From the NCBI GenBank assembly GCA_050249455.1, contig JBFWQM010000003.1, forward strand, positions 10,383 through 74,382: a stretch of 64,000 bases of DNA, given 5' to 3'. The notes beneath the pieces were generated by a model. That model did not search any database. It saw nothing but the letters and a program-made list of their open reading frames with translations, and was not told the origin of the DNA. Positions 30,973 through 39,490 of the stretch are shown piece by piece. The stretch is from Rhodospirillaceae bacterium (GTDB lineage: Bacteria; Pseudomonadota; Alphaproteobacteria; MPNO01; VGEU01). Each line of letters starts with the position of its first letter. Position 1 is the stretch's first letter. A program made the position numbers and the translations under genes.

Positions 30973-32088
30973 TCAGAGATACTTGAACGACAGCGTGCGC
31001 GCGTTCAGGTACGCCTGCTCCGCATTGCGGGTATAGGGCAGCAGCAGGGTCCGCGCCTTGATGTAGGAATCGAAGATCTTCTTGCCGATGGCGTCGGCCT
31101 TCTCGCGTTCTTCGGCCATGACCTCGCCGGAGGCGTTGCCGAAGGATGTCAGGAGCTCGTTGGAGACGCGGCGGATAGCGATGCCGTGGCGGGTGCGCAG
31201 GGTCTCGGCGGCTTCCGCGGAGCGGGCGTTGAACTCGGCCAGCGTGTCGTCGTGGCCCTGCTGCGCGGCCGAGGCGACGATCTGCTTCAGGTCGTCGGGC
31301 AGCGCGTCGTACTTGCGCTTGTCGACCATGAGCTGCAGCGCGGTCGAGGGCTCTTGGAAGCCGGGGCTGTAGTAGAACTTCGCGACCTGGTGGAAGCCGA
31401 ACGCGAGGTCGTTGTAGGGTCCGACCCACTCCGTGGCGTCGATCGTGCCGGACTGCAGCGCGGCGAAGATCTCGCCGCCGGGCAGCAGGACGACAGTGGC
31501 GCCGAGCTTCTTGATCACCTCGCCGCCGAGGCCGGGCATGCGCTTCTTCAGGCCCTTGTAGTCTTCGGCGGTGCGCATCTCCTTGCGGTACCAGCCGAGC
31601 GCCTGGGTGCCGGTGTTGCCCACCGCGAACGCCTTCAGGTTGAACGGTGCGTAGAGCTCGTCCCACAGCTCCTGGCCGCCCATGTAGTGCAGCCAGGCGA
31701 TGTGCTCGCCGGCGGTGAAGCCGAACGGCACCGCGGCGAAGAACGCGGCTTGGCGATGCTTGCCGAGGTGGTAGTAGGACGCGTCATGTCCCATCTCGGC
31801 GGTGCCGTTGGACACCGCGTCGAAGCACTGCAGCGCCGGGACCAGCTCGCCCGCCGAATAGACCTTCACCGTCAGCCGCCCGCCCGACATCGTGCCGATG
31901 CGCTGGGCGACGCGCTCGGCGCCGGTCCCGAGGCCGGGGAAGTTCTTCGGCCAGCTCGTCACCATCCGCCATTCCATCCGGCCCTGCGAGATCGCCGGGG
32001 CGGGGAAGGCGGCGGCGGCCGTGGCGGCGGCGCCGGCGGTGGCCGCGGTCCTCAGGAAGGCGCGGCGCTGGATCGGGTTCTTCGGCAT
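30973..32088 (-). CDS. TRAP substrate-binding protein (DctP/TakP-like, Tat signal)
   Basis: RRAFL Tat motif, W.MVTSWP, GNTG.Q, RMPGLG, IDATEWVGPY.D. Confidence 0.92.
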   Translation of the reverse strand: MPKNPIQRRAFLRTAATAGAAATAAAAFPAPAISQGRMEWRMVTSWPKNFPGLGTGAERVAQRIGTMSGGRLTVKVYSAGELVPALQCFDAVSNGTAEMGHDASYYHLGKHRQAAFFAAVPFGFTAGEHIAWLHYMGGQELWDELYAPFNLKAFAVGNTGTQALGWYRKEMRTAEDYKGLKKRMPGLGGEVIKKLGATVVLLPGGEIFAALQSGTIDATEWVGPYNDLAFGFHQVAKFYYSPGFQEPSTALQLMVDKRKYDALPDDLKQIVASAAQQGHDDTLAEFNARSAEAAETLRTRHGIAIRRVSNELLTSFGNASGEVMAEEREKADAIGKKIFDSYIKARTLLLPYTRNAEQAYLNARTLSFKYL

Positions 32089-32161
32089 GAGCGGGCTCCG
32101 GTCGGCATGGTCCGGCGCGCGGCAACGCGCCGGCGCCTTATGCGTTCGACATTAATGCAGG

Positions 32162-32896
32162 TCAGTCGGATTCGTCGATTGCGGTCCAGCCGTCGGGGCC
32201 GAGCCGCTCCAGCGGGCGGAAGCGGGTCTTGTAGGCCATCTTGCCGCTGTCGGCGATCCAATATCCCAGGTAGACGTAGGGCCGGCCCGAGGCGCGGGCG
32301 AGTTCGACCAGGTGCAGAATCATGAAGCTGCCCAGGCTGCGCGCCGGCTCGTCGGCCTCGAAGAAGCTGTAGACGGCCGAGTACGAGTCGTCGAGCCGGT
32401 CGGCGAGCATGCCGGCAACCAGCCGGCCGTCGCCGTCGCGGTATTCGATCAGCTGCGAATCGATCGGCGATTCCTCGACCATCGCCCGGTAGTCGGCGAA
32501 CGACATCGACGACATGTCGCCGCCGCCGTGGCGCGACCGCTGGTAGCGGGCGAACAGGCGGTACTGCTCCATCGACGCCATCGCCGCCATCTCCTGCCGG
32601 GCGAGGTCGGCGTTGCGGACCAGGAGGCGGCGCTGCGTCCGGCTGGGCAGGAAATCGGCGACCCGGATGCGGACCGGGATGCAGGCGCTGCACGACGGGC
32701 AGGCCGGGCGGTAGGCGAGGCCGTGGCTGCGCCGGAAGCCGGCGCGCGACAGGCGTTCGTAGAAGGGCTGGGCGTTGGGGCCGGACAGGTCGGTGACGAC
32801 CTTGCGCTCGATCCGTCCTGCGACGTACGGGCAGGGCAAAGCACGGGTCCCGAAGAAGAACCGCTGCGGCCGCGTCAGGGATTGGTCGACGCCCAT
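32162..32896 (-). CDS. bpt: Aminoacyl-tRNA protein transferase, ATE/Bpt family
   Basis: PCPY, GFRRS...YRP.C..C.AC...R, RH..G.M, SAVYSFF, YLGYWI..S.KM.YK. Confidence 0.9.
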   Translation of the reverse strand: MGVDQSLTRPQRFFFGTRALPCPYVAGRIERKVVTDLSGPNAQPFYERLSRAGFRRSHGLAYRPACPSCSACIPVRIRVADFLPSRTQRRLLVRNADLARQEMAAMASMEQYRLFARYQRSRHGGGDMSSMSFADYRAMVEESPIDSQLIEYRDGDGRLVAGMLADRLDDSYSAVYSFFEADEPARSLGSFMILHLVELARASGRPYVYLGYWIADSGKMAYKTRFRPLERLGPDGWTAIDESD

Positions 32897-32995
32897 TCTG
32901 GTCAACGCTCGTTGCCGGTCTGTGCCGGGTCGGATCCGACCTTGCGGGCAAAATATAATACGTCGGCGGCGGCCCCGCCAACCGGGGCGGGCGGC

Positions 32996-33961
32996 TCAGC
33001 GCACCCGCGGCCCCGACCAGTCCCGGCGGACCTCGGGTCGCTGCGCGGGCGCGGCCGCGCCGTTGCCGCCGGCGGCGCCCTTGGCGACGGCGTCGCGGAT
33101 CAGCACGATGCTGATGCGCCGGTTCTGCGGGTCGGTCGGGTTCTCGGGCGTCAGCGGCTCGGTATCGGCGCGTCCCACCACGCGGCTGATGCGCGCGGCG
33201 GGCACGCCGTCCTCCATCAGCTCGCGTCGGCTGGCGTGGGCGCGGTCGCTGGACAGCTCCCAGTTGCCGTAGCTGGCGCCGACCGAGGACCGGAACGGGG
33301 TCGCGTCGGTGTGGCCGGAGATCGACAGCTTGTTCGGCATGGTCTGGACCACCTTGGCGACCTGGGCGAGCAGCTTGCGGGTGCGGTCGAACATCTTGAC
33401 CGAGCCGGAGGGGAACATCGGCTGGCCGTCGCGGTCGACGAGCTGGATGCGCAGCCCTTCCGGCGTCTGGTCGATCAGCAGGTTCTTCGCCAGCCCCTTG
33501 AGGTCGGGGTCCTTCTCGATCGCCTCGCGCAGCTCCTTCTCCTTCTCCTTGAACAGCTCCTCCTCGCGCTGGGCGATGGCCTCGTCCATCTCCTGCTTGG
33601 TCAGGTCGGGCTTCTCGGTCGAGTCCTTGTCGCCGTCGCCGGAAGTCGGCTTCAGCTCGATGGTGACGGAGGGCGGCGAGTTTCGCGACACCAGCGCCCC
33701 CGGCGAGGAGATCGTCTGGCCGCCGAGGATGCCGCCGGCGCCGCTCTTGGAGGTCGAGGCGGTGGCCGGCGCGAAGTAGTCGGAGATGCCCTTCTTCTGG
33801 TCCTCGCTGGTGGCGTTGAGCAGCCACAGCAGCAGGAAGAACGCCATCATCGCCGTCACGAAGTCGGCGTAGGCGACCTTCCACGCGCCGCCATGGTGGC
33901 CGTGGCCGCCCTTCTTGACCTTCTTGATGATGATGGTCGCAGCGGCGTTCCTGGCGGCCAT
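32996..33961 (-). CDS. motB: Flagellar stator protein MotB
   Basis: HGGAWKVAYADFVTAMMAFF with the conserved Asp; OmpA-like domain GHTD, NWELS..RA, NRRI. Confidence 0.96.
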   Translation of the reverse strand: MAARNAAATIIIKKVKKGGHGHHGGAWKVAYADFVTAMMAFFLLLWLLNATSEDQKKGISDYFAPATASTSKSGAGGILGGQTISSPGALVSRNSPPSVTIELKPTSGDGDKDSTEKPDLTKQEMDEAIAQREEELFKEKEKELREAIEKDPDLKGLAKNLLIDQTPEGLRIQLVDRDGQPMFPSGSVKMFDRTRKLLAQVAKVVQTMPNKLSISGHTDATPFRSSVGASYGNWELSSDRAHASRRELMEDGVPAARISRVVGRADTEPLTPENPTDPQNRRISIVLIRDAVAKGAAGGNGAAAPAQRPEVRRDWSGPRVR

Positions 33962-33976
33962 GACGGCAGCGCTCCG

Positions 33977-34843
33977 TCAGTTCGACGGCTGCGGCAGGGC
34001 GGCGACGGCTTCCTCGAGCTCGGTGAAGGTCGGCCGCACGTCCGACTCGAGCGCCTTGCGGGCGAACTCGACGCAGACCTGCGGCGCATAGCCGTTCATG
34101 TAGGCGATGAGGCCCGACTTGATGCACACGAAATACTTGGTCTCCGCGTCGAAGGTCCGGCCCAGGATGCCGGCGAGCGGCGCGAGGAAGCCGTAGGCGA
34201 TGAACACGCCCAGGAACGTGCCGACGAGGGCGCCGCCGATAAGGTGGCCGAGCACCTCGGGCGGCTCGGTGATCGAGCCCATCGTGTGGATGACGCCGAG
34301 CACCGCCGCGACGATGCCGAGCGCGGGCATGCCGTCGGCCATCGATTGGACCGCGCCGGCCACCGCGGCGTTCTCGTGGTGATGGGTGTCGATCTCTTCG
34401 TCGATGATCGCCTCGAGTTCGTGCGGGTTCTCGCTGCCGAGGCTGATCATCCGCAGGTAGTCGCAGAAGAACGTCGTGGCGTGGTGGTTCTTGTGCACGC
34501 TTGGGAACTGGGCGAACAGGTCGCTGCCGTGCGGGTTCTCGATATGTTGCTCGAGCGCGAGCATCCCCTTGGAGCGGGCGATCTTGTAGACCTGGAACTG
34601 CATGCTCAGCAGCTCCAGGTAGTCCTTCTTCCCGTATTTCGGTCCCTTCAGGGCCACGCCCAGCGCCTTGGCGGACTTCTTGAGAACCGCCTTCGGGTTG
34701 CCGATGATGAACGCGCCGATCGACGCGCCGACGATGATGACCACCTCGAACGGCTGCCACAGCACTTCCAGGTGCCCGCCCGCGGCGGCATAGCCACCGA
34801 GAACGCAGGCGAAAACCACGATCGCGCCGACGATCACCAGCAT
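33977..34843 (-). CDS. motA: Flagellar stator protein MotA
   Basis: LWQP.E, R..G.LALE, PALGIVAAVLG, IGGALVGTFLG. Confidence 0.96.
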   Translation of the reverse strand: MLVIVGAIVVFACVLGGYAAAGGHLEVLWQPFEVVIIVGASIGAFIIGNPKAVLKKSAKALGVALKGPKYGKKDYLELLSMQFQVYKIARSKGMLALEQHIENPHGSDLFAQFPSVHKNHHATTFFCDYLRMISLGSENPHELEAIIDEEIDTHHHENAAVAGAVQSMADGMPALGIVAAVLGVIHTMGSITEPPEVLGHLIGGALVGTFLGVFIAYGFLAPLAGILGRTFDAETKYFVCIKSGLIAYMNGYAPQVCVEFARKALESDVRPTFTELEEAVAALPQPSN

Positions 34844-34900
34844 CGGATCATCAATGCCTTTGCTACTTGTGCAGGTGTCGGCAACATGCGGCTGACCCGG

Positions 34901-34915
34901 TTAAGAAGGCGTTAG
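34901..34915. promoter_or_regulatory. Putative CtrA box upstream of motA
   Basis: TTAA-N7-TTAG, one mismatch to TTAA-N7-TTAA, about 57 nt upstream of motA. Confidence 0.55.
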
Positions 34916-35013
34916 CCGTGATTGCCAGGAAGCGGGCGACAGTGGCGTAGCGTTGATGTATTCCAGGGCCGGCCGGTCCGCGCCGGCGCTGGACGAGATG
35001 GAGGATGGGAACG

Positions 35014-35436
35014 ATGGCAGCGAACGTGATCACCGCCGAACAGCTGCACGAGCGGCTGGTCGCCAACCCGTTCAACGCCTGGATGGGGCTGAAGGTGCTG
35101 GCGCTCGACGAGGAGAAGCTCGAGATCGGCCTGACCTGGCGCGAGGAAATGGTCTCCAACCCGAAGGCCCGCTACACCCACGGCGGCGTCATCGGCGCCC
35201 TGATCGACGTCGCCGCCGACTTCGCCATCGCCGCCAAGGCCGGCGCCCCGGTTCCCACCGTGGACATGCGGGTGGACTATCACCGCGCCGCCATGCCGGG
35301 CGACCTCAAGGCGGTCGGGCGGATCGTCCGCCAGGGCGGAACCTTCACCGTCGCCGAGGCGCACGTCTACGACGGCGAGGGCAAGCTGGTCGCGAGCGGC
35401 CGGGGAGTCTATTTCACACAGCCGCCCAAGGCCTGA
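35014..35436 (+). CDS. PaaI family thioesterase
   Basis: HGGVIGALIDVA, PTVD.RVDY hotdog-fold motifs; start 35005 or 35014. Confidence 0.88.
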   Translation: MAANVITAEQLHERLVANPFNAWMGLKVLALDEEKLEIGLTWREEMVSNPKARYTHGGVIGALIDVAADFAIAAKAGAPVPTVDMRVDYHRAAMPGDLKAVGRIVRQGGTFTVAEAHVYDGEGKLVASGRGVYFTQPPKA

Positions 35437-35539
35437 TCCTCATTGGGGGTTGGACCCGCGGCACCGGTCCAGTACCATCGCCCCGACAGGGGGGGATGCC
35501 GCCCACAGGGCAGGCCCCGACGAAAGGAAAGCGAACCTG

Positions 35540-36028
35540 ATGAGCGTCGATCCGATCGCCTTTCGCAAGGCCCTCGGCTGCTTTGCCACCGGCGTCACCA
35601 TCATCACCACGCGGGACGCCGAAAGCCGGCCGGTCGGCATCACGGCGAACTCGTTCACGTCGCTGTCGCTGGACCCGCCGCTGGTGCTGTTCTGCCTCGA
35701 CCGCAAGAGCGCGTCGTTCGCGGCCTTCCACAAGAACCGCCACTTCGCGGTGAACATCCTGCGCGACACCCAGCAGGAGCTGTCGCGCACCTTCGCCCGC
35801 TCGGTGGCGGACAAGTGGAACGGCATCGCGTTCGACACCTGGGACACCGGCTGCCCGATCCTGCCAGACTCCCTGGCGACGCTCGAATGCGACGTCGACG
35901 AGATCATCGAGGGCGGCGACCATGTCATCCTGATCGGCAAGGTCCGCCGCATGCAGATGGACGACGGCGAGTGCGCGCCGCTGGTCTACTACCGCGGCAA
36001 GTATGCCGGCGTGCAGGCCGGCTCGTAG
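35540..36028 (+). CDS. Flavin reductase family protein (HpaC-like)
   Basis: FR.ALG.FATGVT, G.TANSFTSLSLDPPLV, GGDH. Confidence 0.92.
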   Translation: MSVDPIAFRKALGCFATGVTIITTRDAESRPVGITANSFTSLSLDPPLVLFCLDRKSASFAAFHKNRHFAVNILRDTQQELSRTFARSVADKWNGIAFDTWDTGCPILPDSLATLECDVDEIIEGGDHVILIGKVRRMQMDDGECAPLVYYRGKYAGVQAGS

Positions 36029-36032
36029 AACG

Positions 36033-36452
36033 ATGGCCGACCCCGATGTCCGGCGGCTGCAGCCGGCGGAGTGGGCGTCGGCTTTCTCCGTGGTCGCAAC
36101 GCTGCGGCCGCACCTGGACGCCGCGACGTTCCTCGATCGCGTCCGCCGCCAGAGCTACGCCGGCTACGAGCTGGTCGGGGCGTTCCGCGGCGGCGAACTG
36201 GTCGGCGCGCTCGGGATGCGCCCGGTCCACACGCTGGTGCGCGGCGCCTGCCTGCATGTGGACGACCTCGTGGTCCGCGAGGACGTGCGCGGCCAGGGCG
36301 TCGGCCGTGCTTTGATGGACTTCGCGGAGTCCGATGCCCGTGCCCGCGGCATGGCCTCCGTCTTCCTCGACGCCCGCCGCGACGCGATCCCGTTCTACGA
36401 GACCATCGGCTACGGCTTCCATACCGCGCCTTCGATGCGAAAGGACCTCTGA
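36033..36452 (+). CDS. GNAT family N-acetyltransferase
   Basis: VDDLVV...RGQGVG motif A, A..FYE..GY. Confidence 0.88.
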   Translation: MADPDVRRLQPAEWASAFSVVATLRPHLDAATFLDRVRRQSYAGYELVGAFRGGELVGALGMRPVHTLVRGACLHVDDLVVREDVRGQGVGRALMDFAESDARARGMASVFLDARRDAIPFYETIGYGFHTAPSMRKDL

Positions 36453-36556
36453 GGCGGGGCCAGCCGTCCCTGCGCCACCGCGCTTCGGCCGACGCTCCGG
36501 CATGGTATCGTGGAGCGGAAAGCGGGCGCCGGCTCAGTCCCGCGCGGGAGGCAACG

Positions 36557-38257
36557 ATGGCTTTGGCGCAGGAGCTGACCACTCCGGTAACGATCGTCGG
36601 CGGCGGCCCCGTCGGGCTCCTGCTGGCGCTGCTGCTCGACCGCTACGGCGTCAGCTCGACCGTCATCAATACCGAGCCGACCGAGCGCTGGCATCCCAAG
36701 GGCAACGGCCAGAACGCCAGCACCATGGAGCATTACCGTCAGCTCGGGTTCTCCGACGAGATCCGCATGCTGGGGCTGCCGCCCGATCACCCGTTCGACC
36801 AGGCGTATTTCACCCGGCTCAGCGCGCACGAGATCTACCGCTTCCCGATGCCGAACCGGGAGGAGCGCATCGCGATGCGCCGCGACATGCCGGTCACCGA
36901 CCAGCTCCCCGAGCCGATGTTCCACGTCAACCAGATGTACGTCGAGCGCTTCCTGCTGCAGCGCGCGCGACGCGCGGCGGGCATCGACGTACGCTTCGGC
37001 TGGGAAGCTCAGTGGTTCACCCAGGACGAGAACCGTGTGCGCGTCCACGCGCGCCGGACCGACGGCGGCGAGGAGGCGACCTGGACATCGCCCTACGCGG
37101 TCGGATGCGACGGCGCCCGCGGCTTCGTGCGCAAGACGCTCGGCATTCCCTACGAAGGCGACGTGCAGAAGAAGGACGCCTACTGGGCCGGGCAGTTCTT
37201 CTCGATCCACATGCGCATCCCCGACCTCTATCCGAAGTTCGTCGGCCACCGGCGCGCCTGGATGTACTGGGCGATCAATCCCGATCCGAACACCCGCGGC
37301 GTCATCATCGCGCTGAACGGCCGGGACGAGTTCATGATGCTGATCAAGCCGAGGGACGGCTGGACCGACGTCGACAAGGACGAGGTCGCCGGCTGGGTCC
37401 GCCGTTCGATCGGCGCCGACATCGCGGTCGAGGTGATCGGCCACTACCCGTGGGCCGCCGGCCAGGCGCTGGTCGCCGAACGCTACAAGGCCGGGCGCAT
37501 CATGATCGCGGGCGATGCCGCGCACGTCTTCACGCCGACCGGCGGCTTCGGCATGAACACCGGGATGGACGACAGCGCGAACTTGGCGTGGAAGCTGGCG
37601 GCGATGCTGCAAGGCTGGGGCGGGCCGAAGCTGCTCGACAGCTACCAGGCCGAGCGCAAGCCGATCGGCTTCCGCAACACCGGCGCATCGCGCAAGTACG
37701 CCTCGCGCATGCACGACGCCGTGGTGCCCGACAATGTCGAGGCCGATGGGCCCGAGGGCGACGCCGCGCGCGTCCGCGCGTCCGAGATGTCCTACATCCG
37801 CAAGAACCATTTCGTGCGGCCGGAGGACGAGGACGCGGTCGGCGTGCAGATCGGCACGCGCTACGACGGCTCCCCCATCGTCGTCGGCGACGAGACGCCG
37901 CCGGTCGATGCGTTCCCGGAGACCTACGACCGCTACGTCCCGACCGGCATCCCCGGCGGCCGGGCGCCGCACGTCTGGCTCGACGCCGGGCGCGTCATGG
38001 GCTCGTCGCTGTACGACCGGCTGGGCAAGGGGTTGACGCTGCTGCGGCTCGCCGCCGGCGCGGAGGCCGCGGCGCTGGCGGGCGCCGCCGAACGCCGCGG
38101 GGTGCCGCTGACGGTGTTCGACGTCCCGGTGCCGGAGGCGCGCGCGCTCTACGGCCGCGATCTCGCCCTGGTGCGGCCCGACCGCTTCGTCGCCTGGCGC
38201 GGTGATGCGCTGCCGGACGACTGCGACGCCCTGCTCGCCACCGTCACGGGGCACTGA
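36557..38257 (+). CDS. FAD-dependent monooxygenase (aromatic hydroxylase family)
   Basis: GGGPVG, GCDGARG, AGDAAH...PTGGFGMNTG..D, C-terminal LVRPD; GGAGG RBS. Confidence 0.9.
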   Translation: MALAQELTTPVTIVGGGPVGLLLALLLDRYGVSSTVINTEPTERWHPKGNGQNASTMEHYRQLGFSDEIRMLGLPPDHPFDQAYFTRLSAHEIYRFPMPNREERIAMRRDMPVTDQLPEPMFHVNQMYVERFLLQRARRAAGIDVRFGWEAQWFTQDENRVRVHARRTDGGEEATWTSPYAVGCDGARGFVRKTLGIPYEGDVQKKDAYWAGQFFSIHMRIPDLYPKFVGHRRAWMYWAINPDPNTRGVIIALNGRDEFMMLIKPRDGWTDVDKDEVAGWVRRSIGADIAVEVIGHYPWAAGQALVAERYKAGRIMIAGDAAHVFTPTGGFGMNTGMDDSANLAWKLAAMLQGWGGPKLLDSYQAERKPIGFRNTGASRKYASRMHDAVVPDNVEADGPEGDAARVRASEMSYIRKNHFVRPEDEDAVGVQIGTRYDGSPIVVGDETPPVDAFPETYDRYVPTGIPGGRAPHVWLDAGRVMGSSLYDRLGKGLTLLRLAAGAEAAALAGAAERRGVPLTVFDVPVPEARALYGRDLALVRPDRFVAWRGDALPDDCDALLATVTGH

Positions 38258-38266
38258 ACGGCGCCG

Positions 38267-39490
38267 TCAGCCGTCGGCCGCCTCGTCGCTCAGGATGCGG
38301 GTCGGCATGCCGGCCTCAGTCAGGCCGGCGGCGATGGTGCGGGCGGCGGCGGGGTCCATCACCTCGACGAGGGCGTCGACCTGCGCGAGCCGCACGGGCA
38401 CGTCGCGGAACCAGCGCTGGTGCTGGATCTCCACGATGTTGCCGCCGAGCTCGCCGATGCGCCGCGTCGCGCGCGCCAGGCTGCCGGCCTGGTCGCTGAC
38501 CTGGACGCGCAGCCGGACCAGCCGCCCCGAGCGCACCAGCCCGCGCATCAGCACCGACGACAGCAGCCGCGCGTCGATGTTGCCGCCGGAGAGGACGAGG
38601 CCGACCGTGCGGCCGGCGAACCGCTCGGGCCGGGCGAGGAGGGCGGCGAGCGGCGCGGCGCCGGCGCCTTCGGCGACCAGCTTCTCGATCTCGGCGATCA
38701 GCTGAACCGCCTGCTCCAGCTCCGCCTCGCCGACCAGCACGATGTCTGCCACCCGCTCGCGCACGATCGGCAGGGTGAGCGCGCCGGGAACCTTTACCGC
38801 GATGCCGTCGGCGATCGTCGCCGCCTCCGGCGTCGCCGGCAGCCCGGCCAGCGCACGCTGCATCGAGGGATAGAGCGCGGCCTCGACGCCGACCACCTCG
38901 ATCCCGGGCTTCAGTGCCTGCGCCGCCACGGCGCAGCCGGCGATCAGGCCGCCGCCGCCGATCGGCACCACCAGGGTCTCGATGGCCGGCGCGTCCGCCA
39001 GCATCTCCAGCGCCAGCGTGCCCTGGCCGGCGGCGACCAGCGGGTCGTCGTAGGGGTGGACGAAGGTCAGCCCCTTCGATGACGCCTCCGCGGCGGCGAA
39101 TTCCGACGCGGCGGTGAAGCTGTCGCCGGACAGCACGACGCGGGCGCCGAGCTGCTCGGTGTTGCGGATCTTCACGAACGGGGCATGGACCGGCATCACG
39201 ATCGTGGTGGCGACGCCGAGCCGCGTGCCGTGATGGGCGACCGCCTGCGCGTGGTTGCCGGCGGAGACGGCGATCACGCCGCGCGCGCGCTCCGCATCGG
39301 TCAGCGACAGCAGTTTGTTGAGCGCTCCGCGCTCCTTGAACGAGGCGGTGAACTGCAGGTTCTCGAGCTTCAGGTAGACGGTCGCGCCGGTCAGCGCCGA
39401 CAGCGTGCGCGACAGCACGGTCGGGGTGCGCACCACCGCGCCGGCGATGGCGCCGGCCGCGGCGCGCACGTCGTCGGCGCCGAACGTCAT
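38267..39490 (-). CDS. ilvA: Threonine ammonia-lyase (short form, ACT domain)
   Basis: LKLENLQFTASFKERGA (PLP Lys), SAGNHAQ, PIGGGGL, SGGN. Confidence 0.9.
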   Translation of the reverse strand: MTFGADDVRAAAGAIAGAVVRTPTVLSRTLSALTGATVYLKLENLQFTASFKERGALNKLLSLTDAERARGVIAVSAGNHAQAVAHHGTRLGVATTIVMPVHAPFVKIRNTEQLGARVVLSGDSFTAASEFAAAEASSKGLTFVHPYDDPLVAAGQGTLALEMLADAPAIETLVVPIGGGGLIAGCAVAAQALKPGIEVVGVEAALYPSMQRALAGLPATPEAATIADGIAVKVPGALTLPIVRERVADIVLVGEAELEQAVQLIAEIEKLVAEGAGAAPLAALLARPERFAGRTVGLVLSGGNIDARLLSSVLMRGLVRSGRLVRLRVQVSDQAGSLARATRRIGELGGNIVEIQHQRWFRDVPVRLAQVDALVEVMDPAAARTIAAGLTEAGMPTRILSDEAADG

